DNA of 64,000 nucleotides, taken from NCBI GenBank assembly GCA_963843575.1, contig CAWJKZ010000013.1, forward strand, positions 64,001 to 128,000. The letters are read 5' to 3'. The position numbers and the translations under genes were made by a program. Below are positions 30,766 through 40,169 of this stretch, one piece after another; the stretch's first letter is position 1, and the number at the start of each line of letters is the position of its first letter. Under the pieces are notes generated by a model. It was given only the letters and a program-made list of their open reading frames with translations. It searched no databases and had not been told where the DNA came from. This DNA is from an uncultured Acidobacteriota bacterium (GTDB lineage: Bacteria > Acidobacteriota > UBA6911).

Positions 30766-33396
30766 ATGCACGAACCGTTTCAATTTCACACTCTGGACCA
30801 GCTGCGCGGGAGGATCGCCGAACTCGCGCTCGAGCTCCCCGTCTCGGACGATATCGGCCCGCTGTTTGAGCCGGTTCAGGTCGGCCCCTTCCTGCTGCCG
30901 AACCGGTTTGTGGTTCTGCCGATGGAGGGATGCGACGGCCTGGCCGACGGTTCCCCCGACGAACTCACGTTTCGGAGGTATCGAAGGTTCGCCGAGGGGG
31001 GAGCCGGTCTGCTCTGGATGGAAGCGACCGCCGTCGTCGAGGTGGGGAGGGCCAACCCTAGGCAACTCTGGCTCAGGGAGGCGAATCTCTCCGCCTTTTC
31101 CCGCCTCGTGCGCGAAACCCGCGACGCGGCCGTGCGGGCACTCGGCCCACGACAGGGTCCCGTGCTCGTAGTGCAGTTGACGCATTCGGGGCGGTACAGC
31201 CGGCCCGGGAGGCTGGCAGCCCCGATAATCGCGCACCGCTCGCCCTTCCTGGATCCCATCCACGACCTGCCGCTTGACTACCCGGTGATCTCGGACGACG
31301 AACTGGAGCGCCTGGAGGACGAATACGTGCGCGCGGCCGTGTGTGCGGCCCGAGCGGGCTTCGACGCGGTTGACATAAAGGCGTGTCACCGCTACCTGGT
31401 TTCGGAGTTGCACGCCTCCCATACCCGCGAGGGACGCTACGGTGGTTCGTTCGAAAACCGTTCCCGCTTTTTCCGCAACATCGTCGCCAAGATCAGGGAC
31501 GCCGTCCCGGGCCTGACGGTCACATCCCGCATGAACGCGTACGACGCCATGGCCTATCCCTATGGCTTCGGCGTCGACCGCACCGACCCGCGCCGGAGTG
31601 ACCTGAGCGAGCCGCTCGAACTGGTGCGGTACCTGCAGGGACTGGGCACTCCGCTGGTTAACGTCACGATCGGCAACCCCTATTTCAACCCGCACGTCAA
31701 CCGTCCCTTCGATCTTCCCGTTGCGGGCGGAGCGGTTCCGCCGGAACCGCCGCTCGCAGGCGTGGCGCGCTTTTCCGGGATCGTGGGCCAGATCCAGTCG
31801 GCCTTTCCCGGCATGGCCGTCGTGGGCGGCGGCTACTCGTGGCTCCGTCAGTTCTTCCCGCATGTCGCCGCCGCGAATGTGAAGCGGGGAGCGGTCGCGC
31901 TGGTCGGGCTCGGCCGCATGGCTTTCGCCTACCCCGAGTTTGTCCGCGACCTGGCCGACCACGGCCGTCTCGACCCGGAACGCGTGTGCGTCGCCTGTTC
32001 CGCCTGCTCCCAGATCATGCGGGACGGCGGCCGGGCCGGGTGTGTGCCGCGCGATGCTGCGCTCTACGAGCCGATCTACAAGAGCGGCCGGGCCGAAGCG
32101 CTGGACACGATCGTCGCCATGGCCGCGACCTGCCGCCAGTGCAACGACCCCACGTGCATCCGGCACTGTCCCGCGCGCGTCAACATCCCGGAGTTCGTCG
32201 GCCACATCGCCGCCCGCCGGTTCCGGGCCGCCTATGAAACCCTGCGCGCGGCAAACGTGCTGGCGGCGGTTTGCGGCTACGTCTGTCCGGCCGAGACGCT
32301 GTGCGAATCCGGCTGCATCAACCGGCACTATGCTTCCACCGTGCCGATCCGCCACCTGCAGCGTTGGGTCAGCCGCAAGGCCGTCGACGAAGGGTGGACG
32401 GCCGAACGGCAGCCCTCGGCCCAGCCGAGCGGCAAGCGGGTCGCGGTCCTGGGGGCGGGCCCGGCAGGAGTCTCCGCGGCCGTGACCCTGGCGGGGTTGG
32501 GCTACCAGGTCACCCTGTTCGACGCCGACCCGGCTCCCGGGGGCACTGCGGCCGGGACGATCCCGGCCGAGCGCCTTCCCGACGCTGTCCTGCGGCGGGA
32601 GGTCCGGGACGTGCTGGAGGCTAGCGGCGCTGTCGACTCGCGGCGGTGCCGGCTCGGCGCCGGGTGCGACCTCGACACCATCCTGGGGCAGGGTTTCGAC
32701 GGCGCGGTCATCGCGCTGGGACTCAGCCGTTCCGTCGGTCTGGCGGGGGCCGCGCGTCCCTCATCGGGCGTTGTTGGCGCCCTCGAATTCCTCAGGCACA
32801 CGAAGGCCGGCGCCGCCGTCTCCGGTACCGTGCTGGTGCTTGGTGCGGGCAACACGGCCATGGACGCCGCCCTATCCGCGCAGCGGGCGGGCGCGTCGGA
32901 CGTGTCGATCGTCTATCGGCGCTCGTTCGCCGAGATGCCGGCCTGGCCGGAGGAACGGGATCTTGCGATCCGGTCGGGAGTCCACTTCCTGCTCTTGACC
33001 GCGCCGCTCGCGTACGCCGCCGACGGAGCGGGCCGGGCTACCGGGTTGCGCGTCGCCCGCACGGCGCTGGGTCCCCCCGGGCCGGGCGGCCGTCGAGTGC
33101 CACGGGTCGTGCCGGGAACCGAACACATCCTGCCGGCGGACCTGGTAGTCGAGGCCCTGGGGCAGGAGATCACCCCCGAAGTGAAACAGGCGCTCCCGGC
33201 CGTGCAGTTCACCGATCGAGGGTTGCTCTGGACGCGCCCGGACTCGCTGCAGACTTCGCGCGACGCCGTGTTCGCGGCCGGCGACATCGTCAATGGCGGG
33301 ACCACCGTCGTGCAGGCCGTCGCCGAAGGGGCGCGCGCCGGCCGCGAACTCGACCGGCATCTCCTTTCTCAGGACGGGGGCCGCCAACAGCCGTGA
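30766..33396 (+). CDS. Old-yellow-enzyme flavin oxidoreductase fused to PreT/GltD-like Fe-S/FAD module
   Basis: PMEG.D, QLTHSGR, DIKACHRYL and CVACSAC, then CRQCNDPTC..HCP, CGYVCP..CE..C, GAGPAG, GAGNTAMD and GDIVNG. Confidence 0.85.
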   Translation: MHEPFQFHTLDQLRGRIAELALELPVSDDIGPLFEPVQVGPFLLPNRFVVLPMEGCDGLADGSPDELTFRRYRRFAEGGAGLLWMEATAVVEVGRANPRQLWLREANLSAFSRLVRETRDAAVRALGPRQGPVLVVQLTHSGRYSRPGRLAAPIIAHRSPFLDPIHDLPLDYPVISDDELERLEDEYVRAAVCAARAGFDAVDIKACHRYLVSELHASHTREGRYGGSFENRSRFFRNIVAKIRDAVPGLTVTSRMNAYDAMAYPYGFGVDRTDPRRSDLSEPLELVRYLQGLGTPLVNVTIGNPYFNPHVNRPFDLPVAGGAVPPEPPLAGVARFSGIVGQIQSAFPGMAVVGGGYSWLRQFFPHVAAANVKRGAVALVGLGRMAFAYPEFVRDLADHGRLDPERVCVACSACSQIMRDGGRAGCVPRDAALYEPIYKSGRAEALDTIVAMAATCRQCNDPTCIRHCPARVNIPEFVGHIAARRFRAAYETLRAANVLAAVCGYVCPAETLCESGCINRHYASTVPIRHLQRWVSRKAVDEGWTAERQPSAQPSGKRVAVLGAGPAGVSAAVTLAGLGYQVTLFDADPAPGGTAAGTIPAERLPDAVLRREVRDVLEASGAVDSRRCRLGAGCDLDTILGQGFDGAVIALGLSRSVGLAGAARPSSGVVGALEFLRHTKAGAAVSGTVLVLGAGNTAMDAALSAQRAGASDVSIVYRRSFAEMPAWPEERDLAIRSGVHFLLLTAPLAYAADGAGRATGLRVARTALGPPGPGGRRVPRVVPGTEHILPADLVVEALGQEITPEVKQALPAVQFTDRGLLWTRPDSLQTSRDAVFAAGDIVNGGTTVVQAVAEGARAGRELDRHLLSQDGGRQQP

Positions 33397-33525
33397 GAAC
33401 CTGCAGCCGCGGTGCCGTCTCCAGCGCGAGGATCCGGAACGGAATCCTCGATTAAGCCGGCCTTCGCCGCCGGCGTACGGGCTTTTTGTGTCGATTCGAA
33501 TGCCAGTATCCGAAGGGAGGCTCCT

Positions 33526-34635
33526 GTGCTCGAACATCCGACCCGACGTGACATCCTGAAAGCGACAGCCGGCGCCGCAGCGGCCCTAGGGACAACTTCC
33601 GCCGCCACGCGCGGCGGAGGCCAAGAACCGACGCTGCGCGTCACCCGGGACGTGCGCGTGGCCATCATCGGACTCGAGGGCCATTACTCCGAGGTCCTGG
33701 AGGTCGCGGCTCGGGCGCCCAACGTCCGGGTGACCGCCGTCGTGGACCGAAGCCCCGCCCTCCTGCAAAGGGCCGCGTCCAACGCGCAGCTGAAGAGCGC
33801 AAAGCCCTACCCGGATTATCGCGCCCTGCTGGAGCGCGAGCCGCTGGACGTCGTCGCGGTCTGCGGTGACAACGCCACCCGGCCCGAGATCGTGTGCGCG
33901 TGTGCGGAACGCAAGTTGCCCGTCGTCGCCGAAAAACCGCTCGCCATCACGCGGGAAGCCCTCCAGCAAATCAGGGGAGCCCTCGAGCGGTCAGGGTCGC
34001 GCCTGACGTTACTCCTCCCGATGCGCTTCACCCCCGCTTACCGGAAGATGAGATCGCTCGTGCGCGAGGGCGCGATCGGCGACGTGGTGACGGTGGCTGC
34101 CCAGAAGTCCTACAAGCTCGCGGAACGCCCCGAGTGGATGAAGTCGCGCGCGACCTTCGGCGGGATCATCCCCTATATCGGGATCCATATGATCGACCTC
34201 ATGCGCTGGACCTCGGGAAGGGATTTCACGCAGGCGGCCGCGTTCCAGTCCAATGTCGGCGCACCGCAGCAGCGTGAAATGGAAAACAACGCGGCTATCG
34301 CCTTCCGGCTGGATAACGGCGGAACAGGGTCGCTCCGGATGGACTACCTCCGGCCCGAAACCGCACCGACGCACGGCGACGACCGGCTGCGGATCGCCGG
34401 AACACGCGGGGTGGTGGAGTTCCAGGAAGGGCGCGGCGTGACGCTCGTGACCGCGGAGCGCAAACCGGAACAGGTGACGAGCCTCCCGCCGGAGAGATAC
34501 CTGTTCGCCGATTTTCTCGAGTCGCTATACAACGGCGTGGAGCACGTCATCAGCATCGAGGAGGTGTTCCGCGTGAGCGAGATCGTCCTCAACGTCCGCG
34601 ACGCGGCCGAGCGCGGCACCGTGGCGGCGGTCTGA
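33526..34635 (+). CDS. Tat-exported Gfo/Idh/MocA oxidoreductase
   Basis: TRRDIL twin-arginine signal, AEKPLA and IHMID motifs. Confidence 0.88.
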   Translation: MLEHPTRRDILKATAGAAAALGTTSAATRGGGQEPTLRVTRDVRVAIIGLEGHYSEVLEVAARAPNVRVTAVVDRSPALLQRAASNAQLKSAKPYPDYRALLEREPLDVVAVCGDNATRPEIVCACAERKLPVVAEKPLAITREALQQIRGALERSGSRLTLLLPMRFTPAYRKMRSLVREGAIGDVVTVAAQKSYKLAERPEWMKSRATFGGIIPYIGIHMIDLMRWTSGRDFTQAAAFQSNVGAPQQREMENNAAIAFRLDNGGTGSLRMDYLRPETAPTHGDDRLRIAGTRGVVEFQEGRGVTLVTAERKPEQVTSLPPERYLFADFLESLYNGVEHVISIEEVFRVSEIVLNVRDAAERGTVAAV

Positions 34636-34706
34636 CCGCTCAATCCCGGCGCTCTCCGTACTGCAGCGACGTATCTTTGCGGGCGCGGCCCGCCTTGGAG
34701 CCAACC

Positions 34707-35555
34707 ATGCGAATCTACCTCCTCTTCCTCCTCGCCTTTGCCTCGACGGCCGCGTCAGCCTTCCCCCCGGACGACGTCACCGGGAAAGTGTTGTTCTTCG
34801 ACGATTTTAGCGGACCCAAGCTTGATACCTCGAAGTGGGTCGCGGGCTTGCACCACTGGGGCCGCGACAATCGTGGTGTCGTCCCTGAAAACGTCCGCAC
34901 CGGAACCGTCACGGACGAGGGCAAGAAGATCTCGGTCCTGGTCACCGAGGCCCACGGCGACCGGTACACGGGCCCGGTGAAGGGGGTGCAGAAAGCCGAG
35001 GGGAACGGGCCCCTGGGCCAGCCGCAAACCTACAGACGCGTCGAGGACGGCACCAGGGTGGGCGGACTCGTCTGGACGCGCTCACGCTGGGGAGGTGGCC
35101 GGTACGAAGTGCGCATGAAGAACCTCCCGCTCCCCGGGGGCTGCTCGTGCATCTGGAACTACTTCCAGGCGGAGAAGGACTACACCGAGATAGACATCGA
35201 GATGCCGGCCAACGGCAAGGCCTCCGGCGCGGACTGGTCGCGCTGGGCAGGATTGAACACCTACTATCCCGACGAGACTCAAATCAACGAGCGTCGTGCC
35301 GACCTCGGGTTTCCCCAGAACGACGGCCGGTTCCACGTCTACCGCTGGGACTGGTACGACGGCACCAACGGCCGGCCGCGCGTCGACTTCTACCTGGATG
35401 GGAAGCTCGTGCACCGTGCGACCGACAAGGTGCCCCGTTCGCCCGCCCAGCTCTGGGTGGGCAACTGGCCCGCCGTCTGGTCGGGCGACTTTCAGTACGA
35501 TACCCAGTACCTGTATGTCGATTGGGTGAAGATCTCGGAACTGCGCGAGCGTTGA
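34707..35555 (+). CDS. Secreted GH16 glycoside hydrolase
   Basis: Signal peptide, FFDDFSG, catalytic EIDIE, FHVYRWDW and VDWV motifs. Confidence 0.88.
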   Translation: MRIYLLFLLAFASTAASAFPPDDVTGKVLFFDDFSGPKLDTSKWVAGLHHWGRDNRGVVPENVRTGTVTDEGKKISVLVTEAHGDRYTGPVKGVQKAEGNGPLGQPQTYRRVEDGTRVGGLVWTRSRWGGGRYEVRMKNLPLPGGCSCIWNYFQAEKDYTEIDIEMPANGKASGADWSRWAGLNTYYPDETQINERRADLGFPQNDGRFHVYRWDWYDGTNGRPRVDFYLDGKLVHRATDKVPRSPAQLWVGNWPAVWSGDFQYDTQYLYVDWVKISELRER

Positions 35556-35591
35556 GATCGTGGGGTGCGGTGGCTCGACGGCTGTAGGATC

Positions 35592-35781
35592 AAAAGCCAA
35601 AACAGAACGCAGATTCCGCGGATCCAACGGATTCACGCGAATCGGCCGCGACCGGCATTCCACCGTGAGGGCTGCCTTGGGCACACAGGACTCGGGCCCC
35701 ACCGGAGGTCGATCCGTGGGGATCCGCGCGCATCCGCGTCCTGAAGAATACGTTGGCGTATTTGTGAACATCAGTACTTAG
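35592..35781. repeat. MITE-like intergenic element, copy 2
   Basis: Shares both blocks with 15550-15631 and has a longer interior. Confidence 0.7.
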
Positions 35782-35783
35782 GA

Positions 35784-37211
35784 TCAGTCCCACCCCACGG
35801 TGCTCTGCACGATGCGGTCGAGTTCGGCGGCGAGAGCCTTGTCGGGCGGGTCGGGCCTGTGCCGCTGCAATATCGCAGACCCGCGCTCGCGCACACAGTC
35901 GGCAACGCTCAGGGCTCCGGACGCTTCCCACGGGTCCCACCGTTGGCGGTCGAAGAGCCCGGACAACCACGATTCGCGGCGGTAGTGATCGCGGGTGTGG
36001 CTCTCCCCGAGGAAGCTGCCGCCGATGCCCACGTCACGAATCACGGGGCCCGCGAGGGTGTCCGCGTCCACCCTGATCCCGGCGAGGATCCTTTTGACGA
36101 AGCCCGCGATCTCGTTGTCGAGGATGAGCTGCTCGACGCTCCCGGCCTGGTCCGGGCCGACGATGCCCATGTGGCCGAACGTGTCCGCACCCGCCAGGGC
36201 GCCGAGCAGCAGCGTCGCGCCGCGCTCGAGCCCCGACTGTGCGTCCATGCGTTTGCTGTCGGAGAGGCCCACGTTGACGTAAGCCGGCAAGCCGTACCGG
36301 GCAGCCATCTGGGTCATCGCCACGGCCATCAACCCCTGCTCGGGCGCGCCGAAACTGATCTGCGTGGTCCGCATATCGAAGAGGTGCGGGATGCCGCCGT
36401 AGCACACCGGCGTGCCGGGGCCAAAGAGCTGCGACAGCACGATGCCCGCGAGGATCTCCGCGTTTTCGACGACGAGTGTCCCGGCCAGCGTCGCGGGGCC
36501 GCTCGCGCCGGCCTGCACCATCGGGCCGAAACAGAGAGGCAACCCCTTCCGCGCGCAGGTTTTCAGGATGTGGAGGCCATTGGGCGCAAAACGCAGCGGG
36601 CTGACCGGTTCGACGAACCCCTGGATCATGGGCCGCTGTCGGTGTGCTTCCGCCCCGCCGCGCACCGCCTCGTACATTTCGAGGACGGCCGCGAGGCTCC
36701 GGCCTCCGGAGATCCAGACGTGCGTCGGCTTGCCGGTGACCTTCAGCAGCTCGGCTGCGGTATACACGTCGCGCCGTGCGGCGGGCACATCCAGGGGCAT
36801 CGCAAGCCCGCCGACGATATCGATGTGCTCCAACGCGTCGCCGACGAGCGCCGCCTGTCGCATATCGTCAGCGCACGGTTCCCGGCGCCCCGTCCCCTCG
36901 CAGTCTACCCAGGCAAACTGGCCGGGACTCGAGGCAAGGACGAAATCGCCGTACCCGAACCGGGCCGTCCTATCCGGATTCCGGCCGTGAATCACGAACC
37001 GCTTGCCGCTCCCGGCAAGGGCCGCCTCCACGGTGCGGACCGGGAGGCGCGCCACCGCAGTCGCACCGTCCACATGGGCCCCCCCGCCCGACAGCACCGC
37101 CAGGCATTCGGGGTCCGGAACGTGCACGCCGATGTCACTCAAAACTGCGAGCGAATCGGAGTGGATAGCGTCCAGCGCAGCCTTGTCCAACACAGTCGTC
37201 CGGCTCAGCAT
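35784..37211 (-). CDS. MttB-family (non-pyrrolysine) corrinoid methyltransferase
   Basis: SPLRF, GASGPATLAG, ENAEILAG and DSKRMDAQSGLE motifs. No internal TAG. Confidence 0.88.
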   Translation of the reverse strand: MLSRTTVLDKAALDAIHSDSLAVLSDIGVHVPDPECLAVLSGGGAHVDGATAVARLPVRTVEAALAGSGKRFVIHGRNPDRTARFGYGDFVLASSPGQFAWVDCEGTGRREPCADDMRQAALVGDALEHIDIVGGLAMPLDVPAARRDVYTAAELLKVTGKPTHVWISGGRSLAAVLEMYEAVRGGAEAHRQRPMIQGFVEPVSPLRFAPNGLHILKTCARKGLPLCFGPMVQAGASGPATLAGTLVVENAEILAGIVLSQLFGPGTPVCYGGIPHLFDMRTTQISFGAPEQGLMAVAMTQMAARYGLPAYVNVGLSDSKRMDAQSGLERGATLLLGALAGADTFGHMGIVGPDQAGSVEQLILDNEIAGFVKRILAGIRVDADTLAGPVIRDVGIGGSFLGESHTRDHYRRESWLSGLFDRQRWDPWEASGALSVADCVRERGSAILQRHRPDPPDKALAAELDRIVQSTVGWD

Positions 37212-37339
37212 GGGGCCCTCCCGTCTGGGGCGGATCATATCAGACGGCCCGCGGTATCAAAACCTCTTGATTGAACCCGGCATGTCAGACAAAATACTAG
37301 TGTTAGGCATAATTCTGAAATTTGCAGGAGGCAAAGGTT

Positions 37340-37906
37340 ATGAAGCGTCATCAGGTCATTTTTGCACTACTGGCCATCGCAGCGCTCTTGATCGCGTGCG
37401 TCGCCAGCTTCGCGTACCAGCAGAAGTTCGTCCTTCGCGTCAACGCCGGAGATCCCAGGCCGTACACCGACAAGGCCGGCAACGTCTGGCAACCCGACAA
37501 GAACTATGTGAAAGGGAGCAAGTACGGGTTTGTAGAAGGCGACATCGTGGACCGCGGGAGTGACGTCAAAATCGCCAATACAAACGACCCCCGCATCTAC
37601 CAGACCGAGCACTACTCGATGACGAGCTTTCACGCGGACGTTCCGAACGGGAAGTACACCGTGCGGCTGCACTTCGCCGAGACGTACGAAAACATCGACG
37701 TGGACGGCCCGCGCGTGTTCAACGTCAAGATAGAGGGGAAGGACGTCATCAAGAAGTTCGAAATCTCGAAGGTGGCGCCTGGAATGCACAAGCCTGTGAT
37801 CAGGGAGTTCAAAGGGGTCGAGGTCGCCGACGGGAAGCTTGACATCCTCTTTGACGCCGACACTCAAAACCCGGAAATCAACGGGATAGAGATAATCCAG
37901 GAGTAA
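37340..37906 (+). CDS. Secreted malectin-domain protein
   Basis: RVNAG, IYQTE, YTVRLHFAE, RVFNV and INGIEI motifs. Confidence 0.88.
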   Translation: MKRHQVIFALLAIAALLIACVASFAYQQKFVLRVNAGDPRPYTDKAGNVWQPDKNYVKGSKYGFVEGDIVDRGSDVKIANTNDPRIYQTEHYSMTSFHADVPNGKYTVRLHFAETYENIDVDGPRVFNVKIEGKDVIKKFEISKVAPGMHKPVIREFKGVEVADGKLDILFDADTQNPEINGIEIIQE

Positions 37907-37927
37907 CCGCGAACCCTCAGAATGCAA

Positions 37928-37953
37928 CGGGTGCGGCCGGTAGGCCGCACCCG
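37928..37953. terminator. Hairpin between convergent genes
   Basis: CGGGTGCGGCC-GGTA-GGCCGCACCCG. Confidence 0.5.
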
Positions 37954-37960
37954 TGCGCCG

Positions 37961-40003
37961 TCAGGGATTAGCCCCCAGTTCCGTCAACGCATCCTTCACC
38001 TTTGGAATGACGTCCCTGTATTTGTCGGGACGGGCCCGCTTTAGAAAACCTCTGAAATACTTGACCGCGGTCTGGGAGTCGCCCGCCTTCTGCGCGAGGA
38101 GACCCAGGTTCAGGTAGGGCTCGATCAGTTCGGGATCGGATTCGATGGCCTTTTCGAGGTGCACCCGCCCTTCGACTGTCCGCCCGCGCTGGACTTCCAG
38201 AATCCCGAGCACGTTGTGGGCCGTGGCATGCTGCGGATCCTGCACCAGAATCGCCTGAAGGACGCGCAACGCGTCGTCGGCCCGGCCCAGCTGCAGGTAG
38301 GCAGTCGCCATGTTGTCCATGTTCTGAAGATTGGCAGGGTTCATCTGCGCCGCCTTCTCCATGTGCCCGATGGCGTTTTTCAGATCGCCTCGCCGGACCT
38401 GGATCTCCCCGAGCTTGGCGTAGGTCTCGTCCCCGTCCGCGCCGTTCTTGATCGCCGCGAGACACACCCGTTCCAGCTCGTCGAAACGACCCATGCGCTC
38501 GTAACACATCTGAAGCGTCTTGTAGAGGAGGGGGTTGGAGCGATCCTGGGGCAGGACCTTCTCCAGCGCAGGGGCGGCGACCGCCCAGCGGTCGTGATTC
38601 ATGGCTTCGGAAGCTCGTTCGATGACGCCCAAGACCACTACCCGGTCCTTGGGATCCGGGCCGGACATGTCGATGCGAACGCTGCGGCGACCCGAGCTGA
38701 TGTAGCCGAGCGCGTCGAGTTCCCGGCGCCGCTCGTCGTCGACCAACTGAGGCTCGAGCTGTCCCAGACTCTTGGGCGGCCCCGCTACTTCCCACACCTG
38801 TTTCTGCAGGCGGTCGGCGTCGGCCGGCAGCTTGTCGACCAGGTTGCGCTTCTCCTCCCGATCGTCCATGAACCTGTACAACTCGGGCTTCGGGCCGACG
38901 ATCAGCTTGAACTGATCGGTACGCATTCCGCGCAATTCCGACCAACCCATGTGGGTTCGCGGATAGAGTGTCTCCATGTAGCAGTAGTTGCTGCGGGTCG
39001 CCTTCCCTGCGACAACGGCTTCCCGAAGGCTGACGCCCTGGACTTTGTTCCCGGGATCGGCACCCACAAAATCCACAATCGTGGGCATCACGTCGATCGA
39101 CCGAACCTGCTGGGTCACCACCCGTCCCTGCGGCACGCCCGGTCCGGCAATAATCAGCGGGACGTGCATGGTCGAATCGTAAAGGAACACGCCGTGCGTG
39201 TACTCGCCGTGGTCGCCCAGGCTCTCGCCGTGGTCCGACATGACAACCACCAGGGTGCGGTCGGCCAGCCCCGCCTCGGACAACCACGACGTCAGCTTCC
39301 CTACCTGTTCGTCCGCATAGGCCACCTCGCCGCCGTAAGGGTCTTTTGGGTATCGCGACCGGAACGGCTCGGGCGGGTCATACGGGAAGTGCGGATCGTA
39401 CAGGTGCACCCAGGCGAAGAAGCTCTTCCCTGCCGCACCGTGCTTCCTGAGCCAGTCCAGGGCGCGGCCGGTGACGACCTCTCCGCGGATCTCCGCAACG
39501 ACTCCGGGCAGCTTCTGGAGCCGCGTATCCTCCTTCATGGAGTCAGCGTAGGTGGCGAATCCGCGGTTGACGCCGTAGTAGTGGCTGAGCACCGCGGATC
39601 CCACGAATGCGGCGGTCTCATAGCCGGCACCTTGCAGAACGGTCGCCAGGGTCGGCACACCCTTGTCCAACACGAACCCTCCCATGTCGCGAACCTTGTG
39701 CACCTGCGGGTAGGTCCCCGTCAGGATTGAGGCATGCGAGGGCGCCGTGAGCGGGACCTGGGCGATGGCCTGGGCCATGCGCACGCCCCGCTGGGCCAGC
39801 CGGTCCATGTTGGGTGTGTCCACGCCCTTGCGGCCGTAGCACGCGACATAGTCCGCCCGCAAGGTGTCGATCGTGATCAGGAGCACGTTGAGCGACGGTC
39901 TCAGGGTTGCGGGCGCTTTCTCGGCGGACCTCTCGGGAGCCCGCGAACAACCGTTCCCCAGGAGCGCAAACGCCACCGTTGCAGCGAAGAGTGTCCTTGC
40001 CAT
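37961..40003 (-). CDS. Sulfatase-like hydrolase with TPR repeats (probable lipoprotein)
   Basis: ITIDTLRAD, TAPSHASILTG, DPH and SDHGE motifs, with C-terminal TPRs. Start may be 40015. Confidence 0.88.
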   Translation of the reverse strand: MARTLFAATVAFALLGNGCSRAPERSAEKAPATLRPSLNVLLITIDTLRADYVACYGRKGVDTPNMDRLAQRGVRMAQAIAQVPLTAPSHASILTGTYPQVHKVRDMGGFVLDKGVPTLATVLQGAGYETAAFVGSAVLSHYYGVNRGFATYADSMKEDTRLQKLPGVVAEIRGEVVTGRALDWLRKHGAAGKSFFAWVHLYDPHFPYDPPEPFRSRYPKDPYGGEVAYADEQVGKLTSWLSEAGLADRTLVVVMSDHGESLGDHGEYTHGVFLYDSTMHVPLIIAGPGVPQGRVVTQQVRSIDVMPTIVDFVGADPGNKVQGVSLREAVVAGKATRSNYCYMETLYPRTHMGWSELRGMRTDQFKLIVGPKPELYRFMDDREEKRNLVDKLPADADRLQKQVWEVAGPPKSLGQLEPQLVDDERRRELDALGYISSGRRSVRIDMSGPDPKDRVVVLGVIERASEAMNHDRWAVAAPALEKVLPQDRSNPLLYKTLQMCYERMGRFDELERVCLAAIKNGADGDETYAKLGEIQVRRGDLKNAIGHMEKAAQMNPANLQNMDNMATAYLQLGRADDALRVLQAILVQDPQHATAHNVLGILEVQRGRTVEGRVHLEKAIESDPELIEPYLNLGLLAQKAGDSQTAVKYFRGFLKRARPDKYRDVIPKVKDALTELGANP

Positions 40004-40169
40004 GGCTATACCCATAGATGACAGGAATCGTTACTCGCAGCCCCGCATTCGTCAATGGGAAACCAGAGTGGGCGGGGGCGGCTCGCCCCCGCCCCGAACC
40101 GGTTAGGTCAATGGAGCCGCGGCGGGCCGCTGCGGCCCACTCGGCTCACTCGGTGCTGAAAACACGCCC

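Noticed and set aside
35784-37211. Pyrrolysine-containing MttB
   Set aside because: The ORF is uninterrupted, with no in-frame TAG.
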